A stretch of DNA of 63,597 nucleotides, filler included, from Folioceros fuciformis (taxonomy: Eukaryota): NCBI GenBank assembly GCA_049999805.1. It is 7 parts of 7 records of this genome, joined end to end, with 100 filler letters (N's around TTAATTAATTAA, not from the genome) between each part and the next. Parts side by side here need not be neighbours in the genome. Positions count along the whole stretch, not along the records: positions 1 to 30,484 come from JBNGIO010002949.1; 6 more parts are not named here. The stretch is one strand, 5' to 3'. The position numbers and the translations under genes are program-made. The notes below the pieces were generated by a model. It searched no databases and had not been told where the DNA came from. It worked only from the letters and a program-made list of their open reading frames with translations. Positions 11,231 through 23,547 of this stretch are shown piece by piece; the first letter of the stretch is position 1, and each line of letters begins with the position of its first letter.

Positions 11231-12304
11231 AGAGACTTTTTTCTCATATAGAAAGAAAAGGGTTTAGGGTTTCTATTACTAACATGGTTGCTACCGACCT
11301 CACCTAGTATTGATCTACTAGCACATTGTTCTCAACCCCACACAGTCTCAATGTGCAAGCATGGTATCCTCAATTCCTCGGTTGGGCAATAGAGAGGAGT
11401 GCATTGACCAAGATTCATAGTACATATCCCAAAGCATATCGACCACTATTCATAAGTACACATGAGAGTATCGACCAAGATTTATAAGCCCATCCCTTTA
11501 GAGGCTCGACACATACTTATCAAATACCCTTTGCCATTGAGACCCACAAGGCTATATGTATGGTGTTTTCCAAGTTTTTGCCAAGGCACTTATATTAGAA
11601 AAAGTGGGCTAGAGTGGGCTTGGTTTTCCTCTTCCATGTATTGTAGCGTTCTTTTGCGCATTGGGTTTCCATTTCACTAAGGTGGGTGTTGACTAATGCC
11701 ATATACAAGATGACAAAAGAAACGTCGAATATTAGACTACAACAAAGTAGGCAAAGTAGGAGAGAAGGCAATAAGTAGATCCTTCTTCCTTTGGACTTAG
11801 TGGTTTCATATCTTAGTGCTGGTGGTTTTAGGGCTAGCCTTAGTGTGTGGGATCTAGCCCTAGTGGGCTCATCACTCTTTGGTTTGTCTCATTTCTTTTG
11901 GGGATTGATGATTTTCCATCTTGTTTCTCTATTTAGATATATAAATAAGTGTGCTTCAAACCTCACTCAAGATTTGCGCTAACTATTTACATTTTAGCAT
12001 GTTGCTTGTGTGTGTATGATTAAGCATGATCTATCATTATTAGTTCTTGTCTTAAATATACATATATAATTATACATATCCTATATTATATATATTCATA
12101 TACGTATGATTTGATTGAGCCACTATTAGCTCTTTCCTTTTTGGTATGTGATTATATCTGTATATGACCTGATAGTACCACTATTAGCAGTTTCCTTTTG
12201 GGTCCGTGATTGTGTATGTCTACCACTATATATATATGTAAGTGAAACGAGCGAAAATATTGCAGCGAGTGTTGAAGCAACTTTTCTAGGCAGTTCTGTT
12301 TACA

Positions 12305-14223
12305 ATGGCGCCCCGCCCAGAGCATCAGAATCCGCCTGACATATTTTACAATGAAAAGGAGGCTCGCAAGTACACCACGTCGTCGAGGATGATGCAAGTC
12401 CAGGTCCTGAACTCTGTGTGAAGTGGCATGCTTGCGCGAATTTTCGTCCTTCTCGTCCATCTTGAGTGCAAGTCGGGCGTTTTGGTTACCCGTTACTAGT
12501 CGGGGCGATGTTGGTTACCTGTTTTTTTTTCTGGGCGATTTTGCAGGCTAAGATGAGCAGAAGGGCCTTGGAGATGCTTGCAATTCCGGATGACGGTGTG
12601 CCTAGAGTACTTCTGGATATTGGTGAGATTTCAATGCTTGGTTTAGAGATTTTGGGTTTACGGTCTTGCCACCCACAGTTTGCGTAATTCGTGGTTGTGG
12701 TCCGCGTAGGATGTGGGTCAGGTCTCAGCGGAGAAACGTTGACAGAAAGTGGGGATGTCTGGATTGGACTTGACATCTCTCAAGCCATGCTGGGTTGGTA
12801 GCACGCACGCAATCCTTTGCTCGAATCCAAATCGGACTAACACAACCACAGATGGGGGTGGTGGAACTGAACGGTGAATGGATTAATTTATGGCTTTGTT
12901 CTGTAGACATTGCGCTGGAACGAGAGGTGGAGGGGGATCTTGCTCTCTGCGACATAGGCCAGGTCGGCTTTCTTTGATTTTCTTTTCTCTCGTGGTGTTT
13001 CGCTTCAAGGTTTAGTGTGATTGGTCATCGAATTCATGGCTGACTTGCTGGAGGAACAGGGACTGGGTCTGCGGGATGGCACTATAGATGGTGCAATAAG
13101 CATCTCTGCTCTTCAGGTAATTTCTACCAGCTTTCTCTACACTCTGCAGTAGGGGGGCCTGTTGTATTCCTTGTATTTTCTGTTGGGCTTCAAGACTTGG
13201 GATGACATGGACACCTAAATTCGTGTTTGTTGCTTCGTGTGTGGGTGATCAGTGGCTTTGCAATGCTGACAAGTCCTGCCACAATCCTCAGCGTCGACTC
13301 AAGTAATGCCCTCCTTGAATCTCAGCTGGTTGGTGTTGCTTTGGGTGACACACGGCCATCAGTCCATAACGCGCTTTCAGCTGTGTTCCAGGGTCTTCTT
13401 TGCTTCCCTGTACAGATGCTTGGTCAGGGGTTCCAAGGCAGTTCTGCAATTCTATCCAGAGAATGCAGCACAGGTGGAGATGATCACTAAGGCAGCATTG
13501 CTAGTGGGCTTCTGCGGAGATATTGTTGTGGATTTCCCGCACAGGTGTGTAGCCTGGACCCTTCCTTCTTTTGACACCACACACATCAGTAGCAAGAGCA
13601 CACTGTGGGTCCTGGTTATCTTTTCCTAACTTAACCTTTTCCTTTTCAGTACCCGTTCAAAGAAATTCTACCTCTTCTTAACGAATGGTCCCCCGAGTAC
13701 GAGCTGTGTTCTCCCCAAGGCCAAAGGGGAAGATGGTGGTAGTGACGATGGTGGTAGTGACAGCGATGAGAGTGGGTGTGACAATGATGAGGAGGAAACA
13801 GTAAGCAATGAAGCCAGTTCTTGTCAGTCTCTATCTTTGACATCTGCTACTGGGTGCGTGACGCCACATTTTGTTGTATGTTGATGACAGGTAAAGGTTG
13901 CCAAGAGGCAGAGAGTGAGTGCGAATCGGAAAAGGAATTTCGAAGAGGAGGAAAAAGTAAGCAATGAAGCCAGTTCCTGCACCCTCCAACCTTGTCCTAC
14001 CTTTTGCATCTGCTGCTACTGAGTGCGTAACATCACACTATATGTCATACGTTGATGACAGGTACGGGCTGGCAAGAGGCAAAGAGTGAGGGCGAATCAA
14101 AAAGGGAATGTAAAAGATCGGGCTTGGGTTCTACGAAAGAAAGATCAGAGACGGAAAAAAGGATTTCTTGACGTTCCTCTTGACACCAAGTACACTGGGC
14201 GAAAGAGAAACCCTAGATTCTAA
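12305..14223 (+). CDS. BUD23: 18S rRNA (guanine-N7) methyltransferase BUD23/WBSCR22 (RID2 orthologue); multi-exon
   Basis: N-terminus [36 protein letters not shown]-binding motif [13 protein letters not shown], then [18 protein letters not shown] and AVLQFYPEN. The C-terminus is [13 protein letters not shown], with stop TAA at 14221-14223. Confidence 0.95.
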
Positions 14224-14402
14224 GCTAGCGTTTGTGTTACATTGATGACGGCCAGTTCCAGAGCTGTATCACTCTGTGTGTTGTGCGAGGCAGGGGTAAA
14301 TCGGGGCATTTGTCAAATTTTGTAGAAGCCCGGTAGGGAGGTTTGTGGAAGGCCTCGCCCTCGTTCACTTCCAGTGGATGGACGTAAGGGGCATGGCTCT
14401 GT

Positions 14403-14970
14403 AGAGCCAGTGCAAGCTTAAGGCTGTAGACAAGGTGCTGAGCCAAAGCAAGCACAAGACTGTACACAAGGTGTTGAGCTAGAGCAAGCTTCAGGCTGTA
14501 GACAAGGTGTTGAGCCAGAGCAAGCATAAGGCTTTAGACAAGATGTTGAGTCAAAGCAAGCATAAGGCTGTAGATAAGGTGTTGAGTTAGAGCAAGCTGC
14601 AGGCTGTAGACTAGGTGTTGAGCCGAAACAAACATGAGGCTGTAGACAAGGTGTTGAGCTAAAGCAATAATGAGGCTGTAGACAGTGTTGGAGACGAAGC
14701 AAGCATGATGCGGTAGGCAAGGTGTTCGGCCAAAACAAGCATGAGGCTGTAGACAAGGTGTTGCGCCAAAGCAAGCATGAGGCTGTAGGCAGTGTTGGAG
14801 CCAAAGCAAACGTAAGGCTCTAGACAAGATGTCGAGCCAAAGCAAACGGAAGACTTTAGCCAAGATGTCGAGCCAAAGCAAACGGAAGACTCTAGCCAAG
14901 GTGTCGAGCCAGAGCAAGCGGAAGACCTTACACATGTGTTGAGCCAGAGCAAGCATTAGGCTGTAGACCA
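14403..14970. repeat. 36-bp minisatellite, about 16 copies
   Basis: Unit aggctgtagacaaggtgttgagccagagcaagcata, in phase at 14421, 14457 and 14493. Occasional indels shift the apparent LALAQHLVYSL repeat ORF. Confidence 0.93.
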
Positions 14971-15599
14971 GCAAACAGAAGCCTCGGCACAATGTTTAAT
15001 GCTTTTTGTCCGTACATTACAATCAGAGTCTAGCGTCAATTATCATAGTGTGTATGGGTCATCGAAGCCTCGCTATCCAGTTCGCTCGTCCATACTGCAC
15101 TGTGGCGTGAGTGTGCAGGTGTCACTGCTTGAGCTCAAGCAGCAGAGCATCCAAATGTCTTTCCTTTTTTCCTTCACAGCAACGTTGTAGCCAGAATGCG
15201 CGGCGTTTCGTAGCATCTCTGTATTCGTACGAGTGTAGGAGCATAATGTGTAGCAGCATATCAGCAATCTCAGACCTGCCCCCTGTGCACAATGGCTTGG
15301 GTCCGAATTCATGCGGTTGGTAGGCCGCCCCCGGAGCAGGCCCCTGTCTCCATCCGCCATCCCCATATCTGTCGGAGTACATCGCGGTGCCTCTGACAGC
15401 AACACCAATTCACCAGCCCTCAAAAGGAATTTTGGAAAACCTTAAAAACTCCGATCGGAATCCCGCGCTTCCATCGTGCTGCGGGTTTGAATTTGGAGAA
15501 GAGGAGGACTTTGAGGAATTGCGCTGCAGCTCAAAGGTTTCAGCAGAGATCGAGGGTAGTGTTTCGAAGGAACTGAATCCAACAGCTTCAGCTCAAGCG

Positions 15600-16432
15600 A
15601 TGACGGGGTTTGTTGCTTTGCGGTGCTACAAGTGCTCAATGATGCAGGCAGGTTTCGCAACAAGAACACCACCAGCTTCTCTTCCGCCGCTCATCCTATT
15701 CTCTGATAGGAACCAGTAATGATCTGCTTTGCTTCTCCTCCAGGTGAAGCAGGCAAGGAAGCCAGGTAGCAAATGGACCTGCGCCATCTGCAACGAGAAG
15801 CAGTCGGAGGTCAAGGTGTACGCGAGCTCCATCACAGCCAGAGAGCTCCGCACGTTTGTGCAGGACTTCAACCTCTCCGCTGGATCGGCAGCACATTCGG
15901 CCATCATGGAGCTCGCAGAACAACCTGAGGGTGTCGTGCAAGAGCGCACGGATCAGCCTGCTGTTGAAGCGAATCAACTCCCCAGCAAATGGACGGATTA
16001 TTTATCGGACCAGGTCAGTCACGCGCGACTCCTCCTCACCCTCCTCCGGGTCGATTCCACTCACATTCAAGAAACTGGTGTACAATTCCCCGTGTTTCCT
16101 CCCTTCAGGACTGTGACGACCTGGACGACCCTAATGACGCACGTGAAGACCGTAGATATGTCACAAGTTTCCCCGATCCCCGATGTGCGAAGCGAAAAGC
16201 TGCCATAACTTACGATTCCACCGCAGCCAAACCGAAGCAGAAACGGAGGGACGACTGTGCAAGGAGAGAGCCTGGAGCTCAGCTCATCACCGGCCCTCAG
16301 AACGACATCCCGACAAGCAAGCAAGGGAAAAGGACGAAGGCTTGGCCAGATCGGGTGCCTGCTACCGTGGAGCCGATCAGGAAACCAGTCGTGTCCAGGT
16401 GGTCCTCATTTCTGCAGGAGGAGGAGGAGTGA
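15600..16432 (+). CDS. MRNIP: MRN complex-interacting protein (MRNIP/C5orf45-like); 3 exons
   Basis: Exons 15600-15647, 15744-16013 and 16109-16432. N-terminal zinc-ribbon FVALRCYKCSMMQVKQ..KWTCAICNEKQS..RELRTFVQDFN, with repeated SKW/SRW motifs downstream. The first intron must use a GC donor. Confidence 0.85.
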
Positions 16433-17437
16433 ACGTGAGGGCAGGCCCGGACGTGATGGCGCAAGCTCGGTTCTTAGCAAGACCGTCCGTGGTTTCGCGG
16501 CCACCAATACCAGTGCGTCACGAGCCTGCGAGGAGTGTGGCCACAGCGAAAAAAGGGCGGTGAGAGCGGCAGAACGTGAGCAGCAAATGGGCCGGCTGAG
16601 CGTTTCGAGGAGAGAGGGGCATAACGTCTCTATTTTCAAGTTAAGGAGCCGGCTGCGACCGGAAGATCCGCCGGCTTGAAGGCGCGTCACGCTCAGCTGA
16701 AGTGCAACGGGAACTGTCACAAGAGTGCCGGTCGCTTCTTGTGTCTGGACACATCTCTCTCTTCCATGTCTCTGCTTGCTTGGCCTTGCCCTCGGCTTGT
16801 GGCTCCAGTCCCGTGTGCCACCGTGGTGCTCCAAATTGGAAGCCGTCGCATCGCCACTGCTTCTCTCTCTGGTGGCGTGTGCATCTGTGCACGCCTCTGT
16901 TGTCGGGCCCATCCTTACTGCCCCTCCCGCTCGCTCTAATCCTGTACCGATTGCCGCGTTTCCCCCTTCTTGCTTGTGCCACTCGGCTTCCTCGTCCGCT
17001 TCCTGCCGCTTGTGTGCACTTTCTGAGATCGGGGCCGGTTTTGTGTCACCACGTTGCCTGCGGGGACCAACCAGCCTTCCAGGCTTCCAATCTTTGTGCT
17101 AAGCTTGCGTCCCAGGGCCTTGCTTCCTCATGCTGTCGGTCCAGACGCAGGCGGTGTAGTACGTCTGCTTCTCGTGGTGGATCTGCCGCTTCCTTTGTCT
17201 TGGGCGATTGTAATTGGCCTCCTTCAATAGCTTGCGCTGGTGGGAATTGGAGATCTTGGAGAGGCTGCAATCCCCCACACTGGATGTAGTTGATACGGCC
17301 CAGTAGGTCCTCTGGCGTGGGCAGCCCTTGTCAGACAAGGACACTGATTGCAGAGGGTGTTTCGGTGTCCCGGACCTCATATCGGCGGGTTCCTGGGATG
17401 TTCTTTGAGTGATTCTTGTGGAAAGAAGAGATTCGAA

Positions 17438-20400
17438 ATGGGCATTAGCGATGGGGAGACAGACTACATGGTATGTTGCCATATAGCAAAGGGAATGAAA
17501 AGCTGTCAGTGTGACCAGCATGCAGTGTGCAATGTTCTCATCTGCTAAGTCAGTTCTGCTGCTTGGGCCATAAGAGAAGGGAGGTAAGTGGTTAGCCTTC
17601 AGAGCATGGCTAGGAGAGACCTCGAATGTGAGCATCATGGGATGCAGTGTGCATGTGGGTATGCAGTTGCCAGCTCGGTGCAGGTACATCCTCTCTTTTT
17701 GGGGGTCCTCAACTTCATCCCATGCACAAGGATGGCGAATCTGGGGGGTAGTGATTTGTTGGGAGCGTGAGCTTGGATGTGGGGGACGAATTTGAAAGTT
17801 GTCGGTCCGAGGGATCCAGTTGATTGGAAATCAGCCATGCTGCTATAGCTTCTGTACTCTTTGTCTTCCTTAACTGACGCTTTGGACCTGTCTGTTTCTG
17901 GTTGTTGTTGTGTTTGACAGTCGTCTTTCAATGCAGACTACCCCAATGGGTAAGTATGTGATTACTCTGCAATGTTCTTGATCTGATGATGTACTTGTCT
18001 TACGCAACGTACCACTGTCTTGTCACTGTGCAGGGATACCTTCGCAGATGTCGGAAATCTTGATCATTGCATGAAGTATTTAAATCAAACTTTGGTCACC
18101 TTTGGGTTCCCTGCTCCGCTCAATCTACTCTCAACAGACCCAGTAAGCTGCTGAATCTGTGGCAAGAAAATGGCTCCTGTTTGTCAAGGAATCGATGCTA
18201 ACCTTTCATGGTGCTCCTCCTTCGACCTTTGCAGACCTCAGTTGTAAAAACCTGCAATTGCATCTATGAAATTCTCCAGCAACGCCAGCGTGATATTGAA
18301 TTCCGGGAGGCGTGCAATGACCAAAGACACAGGTGGGTCTAGACGCTGGCGAGACAGCCAAGAAGCTTCCTGTTGAGTAGTGTACTAGAAGGCGTTCCTA
18401 CTTTGACGGCCGAATGAGCAGCTGATGAGTATTCGTTTCTCTGTCCTTAACTAGGCTCCTGTCAGACATGTCTCGCCTGGAGGCCAAGGTGGAAAGGCTG
18501 GAATCTCAGCTGTCTACGAAGGAACGTGAACTGTCTGCTTTGACGGCAAGGGTAAGTTCCCTCGGCTTGGTTGGTTACCTTGCAAATATCATCAGATGGC
18601 AGTGCTGATATCTACTGTCTTCAATTCTTGTTGTCCACCGGGCTTACGTACCTATTACGTTTCTCAGGAGCAAAAGGCAGCATCAGCGTGGAAGACACAG
18701 CTGGAAAAATCGCAGCAAGAGCGGGACGAGTTTCAGCGACTGGTGATTGGGTCACAGGTATTTTCAGCTCTTTTGTATGCCTGTGACTTACTCATTAACG
18801 TAGTCCGATTGAGCCTTTGCGTCTTGTTCCTACTGACTCAAGCTTGTCACCTATGTAGCAAGTACGGACCCAGCAATGCCATGAGCTGAAAAAGAAGGAA
18901 AAGGACTACATTAAGCTTCAGGTGAGTTTCCCTCTCGTTAAGACTTATCTGCTGCTAGCAAGATCCCTACGGATTCTTGTTTGTGTGCTGAGAGGGGTAC
19001 TCCTGGGGTGTAGGAAAGGCTCAACCAAGTCCTTGCAGAGAAGAAGAAAGACTCGAAGTCAGGAATGGAGATTATGAATCTTCTTCAGGTAGCCGTTCGT
19101 ATTTGCCAGGCATTGTTATTGTGGATATGTTAGTGTCTGTATATTATTTGTATCATACATCGCCAACCTTGTTGCCAACTGTGTTTTCATTTCACTGAAA
19201 GACGCTTCTCTCATGGAGCAGAAGGAGGGCCGGCAAAGAGGTCTTTGGAACAACAGTAGAAAGGCTGATGGGGATTTCTACAAGATGATTGTACGTTGTC
19301 GTTAGACCGCTAGGCAGGGTTTCAGTCCTTGCTTGTTATTACAACTTCAGCCTACAAACACGTTAGAGGAGTAAAACGATGGCAAACATCTTCCAGGTCG
19401 ATGCGTATGAAACCAAGAAACAGGAGCTTATGTTGGAAAACCAGGACCTGCGTGGTTTGCTACGATCAATGCAGGTAAATGTGGTGTGTGTTTTATGTGT
19501 CCGGTACTTCGACAATAGTTGCGACGTTCCAACAGAACTCTGAAATTTAATGGCATGAATAATTTCAGGTTGATATGAGGGAGTTTCTCAACACTCCCAA
19601 TGGCCAAATCAAGCAAGGAACTCCTCTTGAACCACCATCCACCCCCTTGGGAGGGCGAACGGTAATATGCTAAGAGCAAGTTTCGCGAGCATTATTCAAT
19701 GACAATGCACGTCAAGACGTGCACGTGCATTCTCAACAATCCTTTGAACTTTTGCAATCCTCAACAATCCTTTGAACTTTTGTCCAGGATGTGTTTGACC
19801 TGCCCTTCCACATGGCTAGAGACCAGATAGAGCAAAGCTTAAGAGAGAAGATGTCTTCAATCAAGGTGCAGATCCCTTCTGGACTTGTGCTGCATACCTC
19901 GCATGAAAGTGGTCTTACCAGTTTTGGGTTGTTCGGTTAGGAACGAATGATACTGCTTCAGGACGTTCAGAAGGAATCAGCCGTCACACCCGAAGCCACA
20001 GAGCGGGAGCTCGAGCTGGAAGCACAGCTTGTCGAGGCTCGCAGCATCATTCAGGAACAGGTTCGAATTTGAATGTCGTGACAAAGTAACGCTTTCAACT
20101 CGTTGAATTGGTGTAGTTGATCTCTAACTCTTCCGTATCTCCCTGGGTTATTGTTCCCAGGCGTCTCTCATGTCGAGACAGATGCCAAAGGCCGATGATT
20201 CAAGGTGATTTTTGTTGCCTTTTTATTTGCCATGGTCATCTTGCTGCTATCAGTGCTATTATTATGCTGGCAAGAAGGTCTCAGACCGATATGTGGGATG
20301 CAGAAACTATGTATCCGCTCATCTGGAAATGGAACGTGAAGCTATTCTTGCGGCTGAAGGAGTAAGGATCTGACTTCGAATTTTACTCACACCTCAAGCT

Positions 20401-21195
20401 CGAGTCCTCTGTGTGCCTATTGACAGGGGAGAAGCCTGATGTGATCATTTTTTGGACAATGGCAGGACAGAATAGCTCTGGAAGAACGTTCCAATCAGCT
20501 GGAGGCTGAGCGGGAGGCGCTCAGAAAAATGGCAATGGAGCTAGACAGGGAGCGCCTTGACATGGACAAAACTAAGCGTAGACTGGCGGTAATGATTTAG
20601 TCCTTCTGAACTAGGTGTTCTACGTTATCTCAGGTCCTATTTAAACGTGCGTGGTGTCTACAGGAGGAGCAAGCATCATGGGCTACCACTCTCAAGTATT
20701 GGGCGCCTGGAAAAGTTCCCGCACAAGTATCTGGAAAGGTAAAAAGTCGTCAGGTGCTTGCCAACTAAGGGCCAGGAGGCTGTCAGGAGTCTGATGCTGC
20801 CGATGGCCGATGGTAGTTTCTAATGCTTTGCGTCATAATCAGGATTCAAGGGGCATTCTGGAGGCGTTTGACGAAGCACAGCGCAGTGCCGATAATGGTT
20901 TCCTAAGGGACGAGAATTTTTCTGGAGACTTTACATCTTCAGTAAGACGTTACCGCGAACCCCTTATTTCTAGTATATACCAATGATACCGTCGAGGAGG
21001 GCTGACTGCACACCCTGTGAAGGCAGAAGAGCTTTAAACCGTGCTGTTCTGTTTTTCCAGAGGTGGCCCCCTTTCCAATTGTACAGCCACACATCCGTAG
21101 AGCGGCTCAGACTCCCTCACTCTTCAGGGAGTGGGGACTCTCAGGAATGCTGTGTAGAACAAGTTGCTGAGATTTGGTGGAACGGAGTTCAGTAA
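17438..21195 (+). CDS. MSD1: Afadin/alpha-actinin-binding (SSX2IP/Msd1) family microtubule-nucleation anchor; many short exons
   Basis: Spliced peptide TFADVGNLDHCMKYLNQTLVTFGFP..CNCIYEILQQRQRDIEFRE..KLQERLNQVL..MEIMNLLQKEGRQRG..VDAYETKKQELMLEN..DVFDLPFHMARDQIEQSLREKM. The last exon is uncertain (stop at about 20985 or at 21195). Confidence 0.88.
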
Positions 21196-21696
21196 TGAGT
21201 TCTCCTAAGACTGTTCATTAGAGTGACATCGTTGAAATCCCCACTCACACCAGGTCGTCACAAGACGATGTTATGAACAACCATCCCTAATCCAGAAATC
21301 TAAAGTGCAATCTCTTTTCATAGTAAGAAGCTCATGACAGATAGTGGTAAATGCAAGTTCCTTCATCTCATCTGAGACATGAATTAATTGGTATGGACCG
21401 TTTGATACAATGTTTGATTCTGTCGCAGGAACTTGCTCTCGACGGGTAGGAGCAGACTGTCCAACGGCTACATCCGAGGAGGGGGAATATACACAGCAGA
21501 GGCCCTTGCACTCGGGGACTCGCCTACTGGCACACGGGCAGAGAAGTCGCTTATATACACGGCAAACATCCAGATGAGCTCTGCAACCACTTGTGACATC
21601 CTAAATCCAGGATCCTCTCGGCCATAGCACAACAAGGCCACATTATTGAACATCCCTGTCCATCCTACTATCCACAACCACAAAACAATACCCATC

Positions 21697-23547
21697 CTAA
21701 CCATTCACCATGCCCGATGGACAAACGGGGACTTCTATTCGAGGAACAGATAATTGCCCAGTAAAAGTAGGCATTTTCCTTATCACATCAGAAGCTGTTA
21801 GGTGACTCATTGTCATTCCTGCAGTGATAACACTGTTCTCCGATTGACAACCAAACCACAGATAGGAGAGTCTTGCCCAAGCTGCAGATGCTCTGGCCAT
21901 CCCAACAGCTTGGAAAACGCTCCTTGCAGCAATGAATCGAACTCTGTACACACTTCCAAGGTCATTCCATATCTCATTGCCAACAACCCCTGCATCTTCA
22001 ATTCCCTGATACCCTACCAAATCTGCACTGCTCACAAGCACAGGATCCTCCTGAAGCTCATTGCTCGTTTTCTCCACACGAGTCAATGAATGTGCTGCAG
22101 GAAGTGATTCCGATGAAGATACAAGAGCACCATTTGTTGTATAGACGTGTCTACTGTAAGCCTGAACAGCCTACAATGTACACAACGAGACTTGTCAAGA
22201 AGCTGAAGTACTGTCTTATGGACATTATCTTCGGACAAACTTGTAGTGCACTATACCCACCTGCCATTGTGCAGCTGCCAACATGACCCGTGGCCTCCTG
22301 GCACGTACATGGTGGAAAGCCTCGTGCGGTGACATTCCTCTGTATTCCACCTACAAGAACATTACAATGGCAATAACGGAAAAGACGTGACTGTCATGTG
22401 CTTCAGCAGGTGCAGGAGCATGCGGACGAGAATCTAAAGCAAGACAGAGTCCTCCGATCCAAATAGAATATTGCAAAAGAAGCGTGTCTACTAAACTGAA
22501 ACAATCTGACTGCAGAAGTAAGAAAAAGAGTCCAGACTCACAAGGTAGCACAGAACAACTGTTGTACTCCTGCCACGCCCGGCCTTGCAATGCACATAAG
22601 TTGTCTCACCCTTCATTGCATGTTCTGTAATATGACAAGGAAATGAGACTACGTGGGCAAGGGCGGGGTGACGGGGGTAGGGAAGTCAAGAGGAAGGAAG
22701 GAAGCAAGCAAACAAGAAAGAATCATTGGAAGTAAAAACGCAACAGACCGTTGATTAAGTCCACTGCCCGTCTTATATCCGCCAAGGTCGGAGCAAAGAG
22801 GTAATCTCTGGTTGGGATAGCCAGATGCACAATTCCATGCTCCTGCAAAACGAGGAAAGCATCATCCTCTTGGTTCCGGGACGAAGGAGCAAATAACAGA
22901 ACATGTGGCCACAAGAAACGCAACATGAGGGAATTCCGAGTGAAACAAGGACCTGATACATAGAAGTTGGCACAAGAGTCTCGTACGACTCGTTTAAAGT
23001 GACCACGGCCTTGACCCCGATATCCTTGAGGCGCTTGACATCTCCTTGGAAGGGCACGGCACCTAATAGGAGATACTGCAACCAAGACAAACGAAGATAG
23101 AGGGTAAGCCTAATCCATCCCCTGGACTCACGACTTCACCTATGCACATGATAACAGAAACCCGGATCCAATCCCCAAAGCCGTATCCACCGACTAGTGA
23201 AAACATCCTTTCCCATGTGCCCTGCCAAACGAAATGGACTGGGCCGGTCCTCAGGACCCCAATCCGATCCAACGGATGCCTAGCGATAGGTGATGCGTAA
23301 CCAAGAGATAAGCCTGTCCCGGCTGGAGAAGTGAGCCCACCTTGTCAACTGGATCCCACCAGCGAAATTCAGGTTGGAGCTTGTTCCGGACGACATTATA
23401 GAACAAGGTTGGGTAGAAAAGCGCGCGAGCTCCTGCTCCCACCACCGCCTTCTTGGCTGCTTTTTGCAGTCTTTCCTTGGCATCCCCATCTGCCTTTTCT
23501 GCTAACACTACCTTCCATCGCACTTCCTTCAATCCTTCGTCACTCAT
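21697..23547 (-). CDS. PTPMT1: Phosphatidylglycerophosphate phosphatase PTPMT1/DSP8-like dual-specificity phosphatase; multi-exon
   Basis: GAGARALFYPTLFYNVVRNKLQPEFRWWD, LLGAVPF..VVTLNESYE, IPTRDYLFAP, and the catalytic motif YVHCKAGRGRSTTVVLCYL at about 22550-22610. Confidence 0.93.

Noticed and set aside
14243..14441. Possible C/D box snoRNA (TGATGA near 14243)
   Set aside because: I could not identify a terminal stem, a suitably placed D box or an rRNA-complementary guide.
14237..14992. Repeat-protein ORFs (LALAQHLVYSL, STPCLQPHACF) or a CRISPR array
   Set aside because: These are head-to-tail 36-bp units without spacers, and frame-shifting indels argue against coding.
16406..17289. Several overlapping 110-195 aa ORFs between MRNIP and MSD1
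   Set aside because: GC-rich UTR/promoter-type sequence with no motif or consistent splice structure.
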